A DNA stretch of 64,000 nt from a bacterium (lineage in GTDB: Bacteria > UBA8248). Positions 10,407 through 20,180 of this stretch are shown in pieces. The notes beneath the pieces were generated by a model. It ran no database searches. It worked only from the letters and a program-made list of their open reading frames with translations, and was not told where the DNA came from. Position numbers and translations under genes: made by a program. The stretch is taken from positions 480,001 through 544,000 of the forward strand of contig OZ241996.1 of the NCBI GenBank assembly GCA_965204535.1, given 5' to 3'. Position 1 is the first letter of the stretch, and each line of letters starts with the position of its first letter.

Positions 10407-10675
10407 AAGGCGGGACTTGCTGCGACACAATCCCTGAGGTCCGAGGCCCGGCCGAGCGGGGCGCCGGCCTGTCTGCATGACGAAAACAGGGGCCGCCCGT
10501 TGTTCCCCCTCCCGGCTCGAGGACTCAAACTCATAACCGGGAGCGGTACAGTTTGCTCCATCACGAGGGAAGCAACCAACGGGCAACCCCCTTTTCGCTC
10601 TACTTGAGATTTGCTGCCCGCCCGGGCCCCGGGGCGGTGAAGCCCCGGAAGCCTGAGGCGTCGTGCTCTTCGCTG

Positions 10676-12421
10676 CTACTGCTTGTTCACGCCGAAGGCG
10701 CCGACCATTTTGCCGGCCGTGCTGAACTCGGAATAGAACGTGCCGGTCCCGACCTTCGGAATGCCGCCGTCGTCATTGTCGTAGAGCGTTCCGGCCCACT
10801 CGCCGGAGGCGGCGGCGGCCGTCCCGCCCATGGTCCAGACCGTATCGTTGCCGTCCTGGTCTGTGCCTGTCCGAGTAATACCCCCGGTGGGAGCAACGGC
10901 AGCTTCCTTCAACTCGACGGACCAGTCACGCGACATGCCGTCCGCGCCCATGAACTGGTCGATGGTGCCCGTGATCGAATTGTCGGTGAAATCGGCTTTA
11001 AGCGTTGCCCTTGCGGTGAAGTGGCCTGCGTCGTTCGTTCCCCCGGTCGCGCTGTAGAGCGCGTACTTGCCGGCGGCGCCGCCCATGTAGGTCGCCGTTC
11101 CATTCAAGGTATCGAGGGCAGCGGCAGCCGGGACGGCGCCCTTGGTATCCGCGAAAGCGCTCGCGGTGAATTTGCTGCCGTCCTCGGACTTGTGGATCCA
11201 CCAGCCGTAGGAGGCGTAGATCGCGTCCGGCGTGCTCACGACCCTGGTGTTCGGATCGGCGGGCTTGAAGTTCCAGCCGGTAGCGCCTGCCGTAAACGTG
11301 TTGTCGGTCGCCGAAGCCACGGTGCCAAGCTGGAAGCCGTCAGCAGCTACCCGTGAGGCGCATATGGTATCGCCGGTGGGCGTGCAATACCAGGTGCCCG
11401 ACACCCCGTGATAGCTGCCGGCAATCATCACGCGCCGACCACTCTCCGCTAGCTTGAAGGTCTTGACCCCGGCACCCTGGTCGAAGCTCGGACTGGCGAT
11501 CCGCTTCTGGGTGGGCGCGTCGGTCGTCGAGTCGACGACCAGTTCTCCTTCATCATTCAACAGGTACTCGAATCCCGTGGCTGTCGCACTGCGAGTGCCG
11601 AACGGCTTGCCCTGCGTCGGCTCGTCCACGTTCGAGTAGACGACCGCTTCGTACATGCCGTCGTCGTCGGGCTCGGCCGTGTACTTCTTGCCCGCCCAGC
11701 CATGCAGGGCGGCTACCGTCGCATCCTTCTTTTCCGACAGAGCGACGGGATCGGCGGTGCCGATGCCCACCATGATGCGCGTGTCGACGGCAACGCCGGT
11801 GTCGGGAACGGCGGCGTTGTTGTACGCGGCGCCCCGCTGGTCCGCGGTCAAGGCGGTGTTAGCGGCCGTCGTTGTGGTGGCATCGCCACTCGGCGCAGCG
11901 ATGCCGGTATGGAGCTTCATGGCATCCGCCATCATGGCCGCATCCTTGGCCTTCTGCGCATCGTCCATCGCGGTCATGCGGGCCGTCTTGGCGGCGGCAA
12001 GCTGGGTTTCGAGCGCGGTGACGGTTCCGGTGTTCGCGGTTTTCTCCGCCGCCGGAACGTTCTCTGCCGCCGCGATCGCCGCTTTCGCGGCCGCGACCGC
12101 CGCATCGGCGGCGCTCACCTCGGCAGCGTCCGAGTCGTTGTCGACCTTGCCTACCGCCGTCTGGGCGGCCGCCAGTTTCATCTTGATGTCTTCACGCTCC
12201 ATAGCCAATTTCTCTGCCGCCAAATCTGCGGCTGAAGTGCATGTCTCATTGTCATTCCATCGGCCCCCCGCGTCCTCGCACGCCATCTGCGAGTCATCAG
12301 GCATCTCGGCCGGCGCTTGCGTAGAGCCGCCCCCGCCGCCGCAGCCGGCCAGCGTCAGCGCGAAGACCGCCGCCAGCGCGAAAGCGTAAAGCTTGTTTAT
12401 CGGTTTCTCTCTGAACATCAT
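10676..12421 (-). CDS. Surface lipoprotein with Ala-rich stalk and a transferrin-binding-protein (TbpB)-like C-terminal beta-barrel
   Basis: Lipobox LAGC followed by a Gly linker; Ala-rich helical region; ATYMGGAAGKY, LKADF..ITGTID and terminal MVGAFG; RBS AGGAGG. Confidence 0.8.
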   Translation of the reverse strand: MMFREKPINKLYAFALAAVFALTLAGCGGGGGSTQAPAEMPDDSQMACEDAGGRWNDNETCTSAADLAAEKLAMEREDIKMKLAAAQTAVGKVDNDSDAAEVSAADAAVAAAKAAIAAAENVPAAEKTANTGTVTALETQLAAAKTARMTAMDDAQKAKDAAMMADAMKLHTGIAAPSGDATTTTAANTALTADQRGAAYNNAAVPDTGVAVDTRIMVGIGTADPVALSEKKDATVAALHGWAGKKYTAEPDDDGMYEAVVYSNVDEPTQGKPFGTRSATATGFEYLLNDEGELVVDSTTDAPTQKRIASPSFDQGAGVKTFKLAESGRRVMIAGSYHGVSGTWYCTPTGDTICASRVAADGFQLGTVASATDNTFTAGATGWNFKPADPNTRVVSTPDAIYASYGWWIHKSEDGSKFTASAFADTKGAVPAAAALDTLNGTATYMGGAAGKYALYSATGGTNDAGHFTARATLKADFTDNSITGTIDQFMGADGMSRDWSVELKEAAVAPTGGITRTGTDQDGNDTVWTMGGTAAAASGEWAGTLYDNDDGGIPKVGTGTFYSEFSTAGKMVGAFGVNKQ

Positions 12422-12649
12422 TTAGCGAGTCCTCCTGAATCAATAGAAAAAGGGATTTTCAGTGAATTTCCGGCTTTCTCCGATTAACCTCCTTTCGTGA
12501 GCTTTCATTTCGGGCCTTCACAAACTGATTCGTATTTTCGGCCGCCTGAAACGCGGCGGAGTTGAACCCTTTCATGCTCCGGGCCGGTCGTTCCGCGAGA
12601 GGCGGATTCCTGCGGTATGCGTCCACCTCGAACCCGGGCTGGCGGCCGC

Positions 12650-12840
12650 TAATTACTGTTATCAGCCCCCAGAAACCCCGTTTTCCGCCGGAAAACCCGT
12701 TTCGGGGCGTATTCGGGCCGCAAACAAGCGAAAGATGAGCGAAAAAAGGCGCAAAACGGCCTCCGAAACCCCTCCGGGGACCCCGGAATTGCGCTTGACA
12801 TGGCCGTGAGAGGTGTTATATTTTCTGATAACAGTAATTA
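12650..12840. promoter_or_regulatory. Candidate invertible promoter segment flanked by 16-bp perfect inverted repeats
   Basis: TAATTACTGTTATCAG (12650-12665) and CTGATAACAGTAATTA (12825-12840); internal TTGACA (12795-12800), 16-nt spacer, TATATT (12817-12822) with an extended TG, on the + strand. Confidence 0.75.
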
Positions 12841-13020
12841 TCGGACTCTAGAAAAGCCGTTTCGGTCGGAATCGACCACCGCCGTCATGCCTGCGCGGAC
12901 ATATATGTCCGACATATATGCGGATGACGGTCCTTCTATGTATCGCCGAACCCCGGAATGACGATGGAAAGCCGCACCCAGGGTAGTGGGCCGTTCGTGA
13001 ACGGCCCTTGCCGGAGAAAC

Positions 13021-13475
13021 GGGCGGTTCGCGAACCGCCCCTACGAGGGTTGTTGAAAAACCCTCCGGTGGGGAAGGAATCCCGATCATCGAATTGTTCA
13101 CCGTAGGGACAGGCCCCTGTGCCTGTCCGAGGCCCCTGTGCCTGTCCGAGGTCGCAACCTGTCCCTACGGATACCTCGCCCCAAAGGCAACCCCCCCTAC
13201 CCCCCCTTGTCAGGGGGGCAAGAAAAAGCAAAACCCACTCAGCTCGGCGGGGGCGCATCGCCTTTTTATACCCCCCTGATAAGGGGGGGTAGGGGGGGTT
13301 GGTTTTATGGGATTTCCCTTTCAAGGGGGTTGCCATTACCCTCTCAGGGGGTTTTTCAGCAAGCCCCTCAAGGGGGGAGTGAATCCTCTCTGCCGAATAG
13401 CAAACAAGTCTGAAAGGGGGGTAGGGGGGCTGTCCTTTATCCCCCGAGGAGGGGGACTTTTCCAACAACCCTCTC
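13021..13475. repeat. Cluster of GTAG-type REPs, IS1182-like ends and a MITE family A copy (13188-13301)
   Basis: GGGCGGTTCGCGAACCGCCCCTAC, GTAGGGACAGG...CCTGTCCCTAC, GGGTTGTTGAAAAA and family A termini. Confidence 0.85.
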
Positions 13476-13522
13476 AAGGGGAGATGATGGAACCCTCGTA
13501 GCGTATCACAAAGACCCGTGCA

Positions 13523-14503
13523 TCATTTCACGGGATAGCGCGGCTCCTCTCCCCGCAGGACGCGCAACACGTCGGTCGCCGCCTTTCGCCGCATGTCCTC
13601 CAAAGCCGCCGTGCTGTACCACGCGCTGTGCGGCGTGACGCGGCAGTTGGGAAGGGCGAGCAGCGGGTGATTCGGACGCGGGGGTTCAACTTCCAGCACG
13701 TCGAGGCCCGCGCCCCGGATGGCGTTTCTCTTTAAGGCATCGGCCAGCGCATTCTCGTCCACGAGTTCGCCGCGCGCCACGTTGATCAAGACGGCGTCTT
13801 TCTTCATGCGCTCGAGCGCTTCGGCGTTCACCATGCGCCGTGTTTCGGATGTCAAGGGCGCGTGCAGGGAGATGTAGTCGGATTGCTCCCAAATACGTGA
13901 GAGCGCGGCGTTCTCGGCTTCCAGCTCCTCGAAAGCGGATTCTGACGCGAAAGGATCGTGCGCGATGACGCGCATCCCGAAGGCGCGCGCTTTTCCGGCG
14001 AGAGCCGCGCCGATCCTCCCGATTCCCACCACGCCCAGCGTCGCGCCCCGGAGCGGGGCGATGGGCCGGAGCGCGGCGATGCCCCAGCCGCCTTTTTCGA
14101 CTTCCGCCATTCCCCCTTCGAGTTTTCTGGCGAAGTAGAGGATGAGCGCCATGGCGTGATCCGACACCTCATCGACGCAGTAATCGGGTACGGAGGTGAC
14201 CTGGATACCCTTCGCCCTGGCGGCTTCCAGGTCGACGTTGTCCACGCCCACGCCGCCGCGCGCGAGAATCTTGCAGCGCTTTAGCTGAGAGACGACCTCT
14301 GCGGTGAAGGCGGGAATCGAGCCGATGATGACGCCTTCCGCCTCCGCGCAGAGTTCGACCAGGGATTCAGCGTCCGCTCCCATGCCCAGGCGCAGGCGGG
14401 AACCCAGAGGCGAGAGTATTTCCTCCTCGACCGTGGGGGGCCCGAAGCGCGTTCCGGCGACGGCGATGAGCGGGCCGTCTTTTGCGGGTGGACGTAAAAC
14501 CAT
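13523..14503 (-). CDS. D-isomer-specific 2-hydroxyacid dehydrogenase (PGDH/CtBP-like)
   Basis: GVGVDNVD, VPDYC, GIGRIG, INVARG, GLDVLEVEP and VTPHSAWY. Confidence 0.92.
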   Translation of the reverse strand: MVLRPPAKDGPLIAVAGTRFGPPTVEEEILSPLGSRLRLGMGADAESLVELCAEAEGVIIGSIPAFTAEVVSQLKRCKILARGGVGVDNVDLEAARAKGIQVTSVPDYCVDEVSDHAMALILYFARKLEGGMAEVEKGGWGIAALRPIAPLRGATLGVVGIGRIGAALAGKARAFGMRVIAHDPFASESAFEELEAENAALSRIWEQSDYISLHAPLTSETRRMVNAEALERMKKDAVLINVARGELVDENALADALKRNAIRGAGLDVLEVEPPRPNHPLLALPNCRVTPHSAWYSTAALEDMRRKAATDVLRVLRGEEPRYPVK

Positions 14504-14561
14504 GGTTCCCCCGGAAATCCGCGTTTTCGTGCGGCGGGAAGAATGAAAAAGCGCTTCGGCG

Positions 14562-14598
14562 TAAATAAAAACACCGCGGCCCGATGACCGCGGTGTTT
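14562..14598 (-). terminator. Intrinsic terminator after the ferredoxin gene
   Basis: AAACACCGCGG...CCGCGGTGTTT perfect stem followed by a T-rich tract on the minus strand. Confidence 0.7.
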
Positions 14599-14615
14599 GA
14601 ATCAGCAGGATGGAG

Positions 14616-14927
14616 CTAGCGCAGCACGTTGTCCGACCTGCGCGGCGGGTCGTTCGCCGGGCGCGGCTCGACCGGCTCGTTGTTCTTGAATTCCTCGGTG
14701 AGTTCCGCGTTGATTTCCGCCCATACGGGGTCGTCGTCTTCGCTCTCCAGAATGGCGTCGATCGGGCATTCGGGCTGGCAGACGCCGCAGTCGATGCACT
14801 CTTCGGGGTCGATGATCAGGAAGGGCTCCCCTTTGTATTCACCGGGGTGCATACAATCTACGGGACAGACGCTCACGCACGTCGCATAGCGCTCGCCCAG
14901 GCATTTTTCCCCGATTACAAATGTCAT
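14616..14927 (-). CDS. Dicluster (7Fe-type, FdxA-like) ferredoxin
   Basis: CVSVCPVDC and CIDCGVCQPECP motifs. Confidence 0.9.
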   Translation of the reverse strand: MTFVIGEKCLGERYATCVSVCPVDCMHPGEYKGEPFLIIDPEECIDCGVCQPECPIDAILESEDDDPVWAEINAELTEEFKNNEPVEPRPANDPPRRSDNVLR

Positions 14928-15126
14928 GGATAATCCCTCCTCGAAAAATGATTATTCTTTCGATTCGAATCCCGAGGGAACGGGCTCCCTGGCGATTCAT
15001 CTTTCTGAGAATTATGTCAGCCTGGATACCCCCAAGCGCAGAGCGATGCTAGCAGATGCCGCTCCCGAAAATCAAGGGTATAGAAGCACAAAATCAAGAT
15101 TCTTTTTACCGGAAGGCGGGGTTTTT

Positions 15127-16083
15127 TCAGCTTGCCGGTTTCGGCGAGGCGTCGAAAATTTTCCCGAGTGCGCGAAGCATGGCTTCGACCGATTCCGGCG
15201 GGACGCCGCCGAGTTCTTCGTGGAAATCGAACCCCTGGAGCCAGCGGAACTTCTCGAGCGAGGCGGCGCTGATGTGCGAGTCCACGCCCAGCGATTCGAG
15301 CGTCGAGACGACGTCTTCCATCTCCTGCGCGCGCCTTTCGGCGACGATGAGGCTCGTGCCCGCCAGGCTCAGGGCCAGATCTCTAAGAGGGAGGCCCTCC
15401 ACGGTGCCGGCGATGGATTCGAGGAGTTCCTCCACCAGCCCGCAGCGCCTCGCCGCCTCGATGGCTTCCAGGAAAGTCATCATCAGCCCCTTGGTGAACA
15501 CGCTGCGCACGACCTTGAGGGCGGAGGCGTCTCCCACGCGATTGCTCAGGACCTGAAGCTGCATCCCGAAGCGCGCCATGGCCTCGCTCAGGCGCCTGGC
15601 TTCGGGACCCGAGATCAGGGTGACGACTTCGTGCCCGTAGACTTCCGCGGGGTCGCAAATCGCCCCGTCGACCGGACTGCCTCCGCCGGCCTCGATGACG
15701 CGGCCGATTTCTTTCTTCGCCTCGGGCGTCGTGGTGTTCAAATCCAGGTATACGGCGCCCCGGATGAAGGGGGAGGCGCTGCGCGCCGCCTCCAGCGCGC
15801 TTTCCGGCGTGACGAGCGAGAGCACGAAATCCGCGCCTTCGAGCGCCTCTTCCATGGACTGCGTCATGAGTATCGCCGGGTGATCGGAGGCGTCGATGTG
15901 TTCGGGCCGCCAGGGCGGTCTTTTCCAGACGCGCACCCCCGCCGCTCCGGCCTCCGCCAGCCCCCGGGCGATGGGCCTGCCCGCCATGCCGAATCCCAGA
16001 ACGCAGACGGTGGGAGAATTTTCGAGGTTCAAGAAAGTTTCTCCATGCGACTTCATGTGGGTGGGTATATGATTCCCGGTCAT
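15127..16083 (-). CDS. NAD(P)-dependent oxidoreductase, 3-hydroxyisobutyrate/6PGD family with DUF1932-like C-terminus
   Basis: LGFGMAG Rossmann motif, ASALKVVRSVFTKG and RRAQEM; start uncertain. Confidence 0.8.
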   Translation of the reverse strand: MTGNHIPTHMKSHGETFLNLENSPTVCVLGFGMAGRPIARGLAEAGAAGVRVWKRPPWRPEHIDASDHPAILMTQSMEEALEGADFVLSLVTPESALEAARSASPFIRGAVYLDLNTTTPEAKKEIGRVIEAGGGSPVDGAICDPAEVYGHEVVTLISGPEARRLSEAMARFGMQLQVLSNRVGDASALKVVRSVFTKGLMMTFLEAIEAARRCGLVEELLESIAGTVEGLPLRDLALSLAGTSLIVAERRAQEMEDVVSTLESLGVDSHISAASLEKFRWLQGFDFHEELGGVPPESVEAMLRALGKIFDASPKPAS

Positions 16084-16200
16084 ATTCCACGCAAACGGGA
16101 TTTTATGGAATGATTATAAGACAAGGCGGGCGTGCGTCTCCAGCGCGTCCGGTATTTTTCATTCACCGCGCGGGCCGGGACGGAGGACGTTCCTCCAGGC

Positions 16201-16418
16201 GGGGTTGTTGAAAAAATTCTTGAAAGGGTAATGGCAACCCCCTTGAAAGGGAAACCCCATAAAGCAACCCCCCCTACCCCCCCTTGTCAGGGGGGTATAA
16301 AAAGGCGATGCGCTCCCGCCGGGCTGAGGGGGTTTTGCTTTTTCTTACCCCCCTGACAAGGGGGGGTAGGGGGGGTTATTCCCTTGGAATTATTGGCAAA
16401 GACTTTTCCAACAGGCCC
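16201..16418. repeat. MITE family A copy (16265-16377) bracketed by IS1182-like ends
   Basis: GGGGTTGTTGAAAAA ... TTTTCCAACAGGCCCC enclosing family A termini. Confidence 0.85.
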
Positions 16419-16517
16419 CACACATGGCGACTTCCGCAAAACGCGCTCGTTGATGAGACGAACGCGATAGACGCGCGAGAAGACGCGCGCGGCCTGCTCT
16501 CGCGCTGGCGCGAAAGT

Positions 16518-16982
16518 CTAGTTCGTCACCTTGAGCCTGTAGTCGGGCGTCGGGTTCAGGGGGCAGGAATAGTGATAGTCGCCCTCTTTGAGCGTGATGT
16601 GGTAATCCCTCGATTTCCCCTTCGCGAGGCCGCCCCCCGAGACCTTCGGCAGCGTGAGGCGTCCTATTCCTGCGCCCCTCAGATAAAACCCGAGTGGATA
16701 GGGCACGTTCTTGTTCGTCACCCGGAAAATGTATTTGCCGGGCTTCAGCGTGATGGTTTTGGAGCCGGCGAGGCGCTTTTTCCCGCTTTTCGAGTTGATG
16801 GCCTTGCAATCGGCCGCCCCCATGGTCTTGAACCCGTGGTCCTCCCCCTCGGGTTCGGTGAACTGGCAGCCAGTCTGGGTGAGGGTGATGACGGTCGGCC
16901 CGGCGGCGTACACGCCAGTCGATGCGAGAGACAGCAAAGATGCCGCGAGGAAAATCATGAGCGTTTTGTAGAGGTTTTGCAT
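16518..16982 (-). CDS. Secreted cupredoxin-like domain protein
   Basis: Signal peptide; ITLKPGKYIFRVTN and ITLKEGDYHYSCPLNPTP. Confidence 0.65.
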   Translation of the reverse strand: MQNLYKTLMIFLAASLLSLASTGVYAAGPTVITLTQTGCQFTEPEGEDHGFKTMGAADCKAINSKSGKKRLAGSKTITLKPGKYIFRVTNKNVPYPLGFYLRGAGIGRLTLPKVSGGGLAKGKSRDYHITLKEGDYHYSCPLNPTPDYRLKVTN

Positions 16983-17161
16983 GGCCTGGTTCCTTTTCGG
17001 GTGTGTTTCCGACTCTTCCGGTTTTCATGCCGTTTGACTGATTGGCTGGCGGCTATATTTGATGATAAGCGCATTTCGTGATGCAGGCTTACTCAGAACA
17101 GCATATCAAAAAGATGCGGTGCATGGATGAAAAAACGCCAAATCCATCGTCAGCCGAATGA

Positions 17162-18232
17162 TCAGGCGGGGAGGCTGAACCAGATGTGGATGACGCCTTC
17201 GTCATACGATGCGCCCACTTCGCCGCCATGCGCCTCGACGAGAGCTCTCGCTATCGCCAGCCCGATGCCCGCACCCTCGCTTTCGCGTGAACGCGATTTG
17301 TCCGCGCGGTAGAACCTCTCGAAGATGAGGCCGACGTCTTCCTCCGGGAATTCCGCGCAGGTATTTGAAAAAATGAAACTTACCATATCTTTTTCCTTGG
17401 CCGCATCCGCGCGGACGCGGAACGCACCTCCCTCGGGCGTGTACCGCCATGCGTTCTGGACGATGTTTCCAATGGCCTGAACAATTTTGTCCTTGTCCGC
17501 CTGAACGAGGGGGACGTCACCGCCGAAATCCACGGTCACACCGATATTTTTGGATTCGAAATCGTGCCGATAGAGTTCGATGACGCGCTCGATCAGATGG
17601 GGCAAATGAATTTCTTCTCGTCTCAAGTAGACCTTTGCGGCCTCGGCCCGGGTGAGTTGTTGAAAGTCCTGGACCAGGCGCACGAGGCGCACGATTTCCT
17701 CCTTCAACATGGAGAACGTTTCTTTGGCGGGCGGGATGACGCCTTCGATCAGACCTTCGAGGTAGCCTCGCACCGTAGTGAGCGGGGTTCTCAACTCATG
17801 GGCGATATCCACCAGCATGGTTCTTCTCAAGTTCTCGATTTTCTCCAGGTTATCGGCCATATGGTTGAACATCTTCCCGCACTCACCGACCTCGTCTTTC
17901 GATGTAATATCCGCGCGGGCGGTGAAATCGCCCAGCGATACTTTCCGGGATACTTCCGCCATCGCGTACAACGGGCGCAACACCCTTCGTGTGAGGAAGA
18001 AACTCAGGGCGACGGCCATGATCATGGTAAATATGCTCGCGTTGATGATGTAGCGATGCACGGCGTCCAGGAACATCCGGTGCGTTTCCGTTGGCGAGAT
18101 GTTGTATTTGCGCATCAGGGCGGCGAAGTAATCGGCGGCGAGGAAATCGATCGACAGCCAGACAACCAAAGTGACCAGCACGATGACCGGAAGGTTGATG
18201 GCCAGGAGTTTCCAGAGCAGGCGACTCTTCAT
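17162..18232 (-). CDS. HAMP-domain sensor histidine kinase (BaeS-like)
   Basis: Two TM segments, HAMP, AHELRTPL H-box, FERFYRAD and GIGLAI. Confidence 0.93.
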   Translation of the reverse strand: MKSRLLWKLLAINLPVIVLVTLVVWLSIDFLAADYFAALMRKYNISPTETHRMFLDAVHRYIINASIFTMIMAVALSFFLTRRVLRPLYAMAEVSRKVSLGDFTARADITSKDEVGECGKMFNHMADNLEKIENLRRTMLVDIAHELRTPLTTVRGYLEGLIEGVIPPAKETFSMLKEEIVRLVRLVQDFQQLTRAEAAKVYLRREEIHLPHLIERVIELYRHDFESKNIGVTVDFGGDVPLVQADKDKIVQAIGNIVQNAWRYTPEGGAFRVRADAAKEKDMVSFIFSNTCAEFPEEDVGLIFERFYRADKSRSRESEGAGIGLAIARALVEAHGGEVGASYDEGVIHIWFSLPA

Positions 18233-18233
18233 G

Positions 18234-18944
18234 CTAATGACCTCCTTGTTCTTCCGTTTCTGCAAAACGATATCCCACGCCGCGCACGGTGAGGATAAGG
18301 CGGGGATTGGTGGGGTCGCCCTCGATTTTTCGGCGGAGTTTTCCGATGTGGACGTCCACTACTCTGGCGACCACAGCGTCCGAAGTATCGTAGAGCCTGG
18401 TGAGTAGTTCGTGGCGGGAAAAAACGCGCCCGGGCGCGCTCATGAGCGTCAGGAGCAGCTTGTATTCCGAGGGGGTGAGCGCTATGGGTTCGCCGTTTCG
18501 GGTGAGTTTGTGTTTTTCGGGCTCGAGAATAAGGTTGCCGAAGGAGAGTTTCGTCTTCCGGAGCATGGGCGCGTTTTTGGTGCGCCTGAGGATGGCCTTG
18601 ACGCGCTCGATGAGTTCTCTCGGGCTGAAGGGCTTGACGACGTAATCATCAGCGCCCAGCGAGAAGCCGAAAAGCCTGTCGATCTCTCTCTCCTTGGCCG
18701 TGAGCATCAGGATGGGAACTTCGGACTCCTCCCGGAGCCGCCTGCACACCTCCCACCCGCTCATTTTCGGGAGCATCAGATCGAGCACGACGAAAACGGG
18801 CGTCCACTCGCGCGCCAGTTGCAGGGCCCGCTCCCCGTCATGGGCAATGATGGTGTGGAAACCTTCTTGGCGTAAAGACTTGTCGATGAGCGATGCGATG
18901 TTCTTCTCATCCTCGACGATGAGAATGGAATCTTCTTGGTTCAT
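18234..18944 (-). CDS. OmpR-family response regulator
   Basis: ILIVEDE, LDLMLP, GADDYVVKPF and TVRGVGYR. Confidence 0.95.
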   Translation of the reverse strand: MNQEDSILIVEDEKNIASLIDKSLRQEGFHTIIAHDGERALQLAREWTPVFVVLDLMLPKMSGWEVCRRLREESEVPILMLTAKEREIDRLFGFSLGADDYVVKPFSPRELIERVKAILRRTKNAPMLRKTKLSFGNLILEPEKHKLTRNGEPIALTPSEYKLLLTLMSAPGRVFSRHELLTRLYDTSDAVVARVVDVHIGKLRRKIEGDPTNPRLILTVRGVGYRFAETEEQGGH

Positions 18945-19118
18945 GGAATTGTTTCTCCGCCTCAAGTGCCTGTTGAAATGTTATCAACATCGGCGGCGAT
19001 TCGACGTTAAGATTTTGTAAGGAATTTTTTAAGGGAGTCAAGAAAAAACGATACGGGGCGGGGTAAGGCGGGGTTCTCCTCTCTCCTCATGGTGCGGCGT
19101 GTGCGGCGCCGGTTCTTC

Positions 19119-20009
19119 TTATTCTTCCAGGCCCATCAGGCGGGCGGGGTTTCGCTGCACCATCCAGCGAATCTCCTCGTCCTCGAAGCCCAGGCGCAGC
19201 ATCGTGGCGATGAACATGCGCAGCATCTCCGTCGGCGGGGGATTGAGGTCGAGTTGCGCGTCGGTGCTCATCACGCATCGCTCGGGGCCGAGGACGCGTG
19301 CGGTTTCGGCCACTTTCACGGGGTCCAGGTCGCGCCACATGGGGAAGGCCGATATCCAGGTGAATTCGACGATGTAGCCCAGGTCCGCCACCTCGCGCAG
19401 TTGCGCCTCGCTCGCGTCGATGATGAAGATGATCGGGTGGGTGAAGATGAATTTTTTGACCCCGATCTCCTTCGCGCGCCTCGCCAGGGCAACGCCCTCC
19501 TCGGCGGACAAATGTCCCGTGGCCACGGCCACGTCCACGTCGCGGGCGATTTCGAGTATGGCGTCCGCCTCGGGGCGTATCGCGCCGTTTCCATCCAGAA
19601 CGGTCAGGCCCTGCGCGGGCGGGGGTTGGCTGTAGGCCTCCGCGATGCGCTTGCTGTAGGCCCCCACCTCGATGTCGTTCGCCGCGGAGTAGGTGGGCAT
19701 CCAGATGACCTTTACGCCGAGGCGCGCCGCGCTTTCCGCCGCGAAGGGCGAAAGCCCGCCCACGTTGGCGTTCAGCGTGATGGCCCCGAAGGCCGTGACG
19801 CCCGGATAGACCTCGTTCAGAATCCTGGCCTGGGCGATGGTGGGCCACAGGTGGCTCTTCATCACGAAGCCGCGCATGCCGACGTCGCGCGCGAGTTCCG
19901 CCCATTCGTGGTCCAGCACGCGCCCGGGTTCTTCCACGAATACCTGGGGGAAGATATGGGCGTGAACGTCGATGGCGCCTTCGAGAAGATCGTCCGCCTT
20001 GGTGCGCAT
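19119..20009 (-). CDS. Amidohydrolase-like metal-binding TIM-barrel protein (DUF6282-like)
   Basis: IDVHAH, VMKSH, WMPT, ATGHLS and STD motifs. Confidence 0.7.
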   Translation of the reverse strand: MRTKADDLLEGAIDVHAHIFPQVFVEEPGRVLDHEWAELARDVGMRGFVMKSHLWPTIAQARILNEVYPGVTAFGAITLNANVGGLSPFAAESAARLGVKVIWMPTYSAANDIEVGAYSKRIAEAYSQPPPAQGLTVLDGNGAIRPEADAILEIARDVDVAVATGHLSAEEGVALARRAKEIGVKKFIFTHPIIFIIDASEAQLREVADLGYIVEFTWISAFPMWRDLDPVKVAETARVLGPERCVMSTDAQLDLNPPPTEMLRMFIATMLRLGFEDEEIRWMVQRNPARLMGLEE

Positions 20010-20180
20010 GAAGAAAAACCCTCCGGCTGCGAGTCGAAAAATCATCTGAAATCAAGAAAATCCATCATGCGTCATGAGGGGGCGGCGGGCAAGCCGGTTC
20101 CCGCCGCGCGATTCAGGTGATATTCTCCAATAAATGTTCTCATGACGAAAAAAGTGATTTCTCCCGGAAAAGGATTTCTC

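Noticed and set aside
9780-10607. Short ORFs containing PPYPPLSGG/PLTRGGRGG (also near 13100, 16300, 21500, 51500 and 52600)
   Set aside because: They are translations of the MITE repeats, not genes
13021-13475. CRISPR array
   Set aside because: Repeats are heterogeneous palindromes without regular spacers, and there are no cas genes in the window
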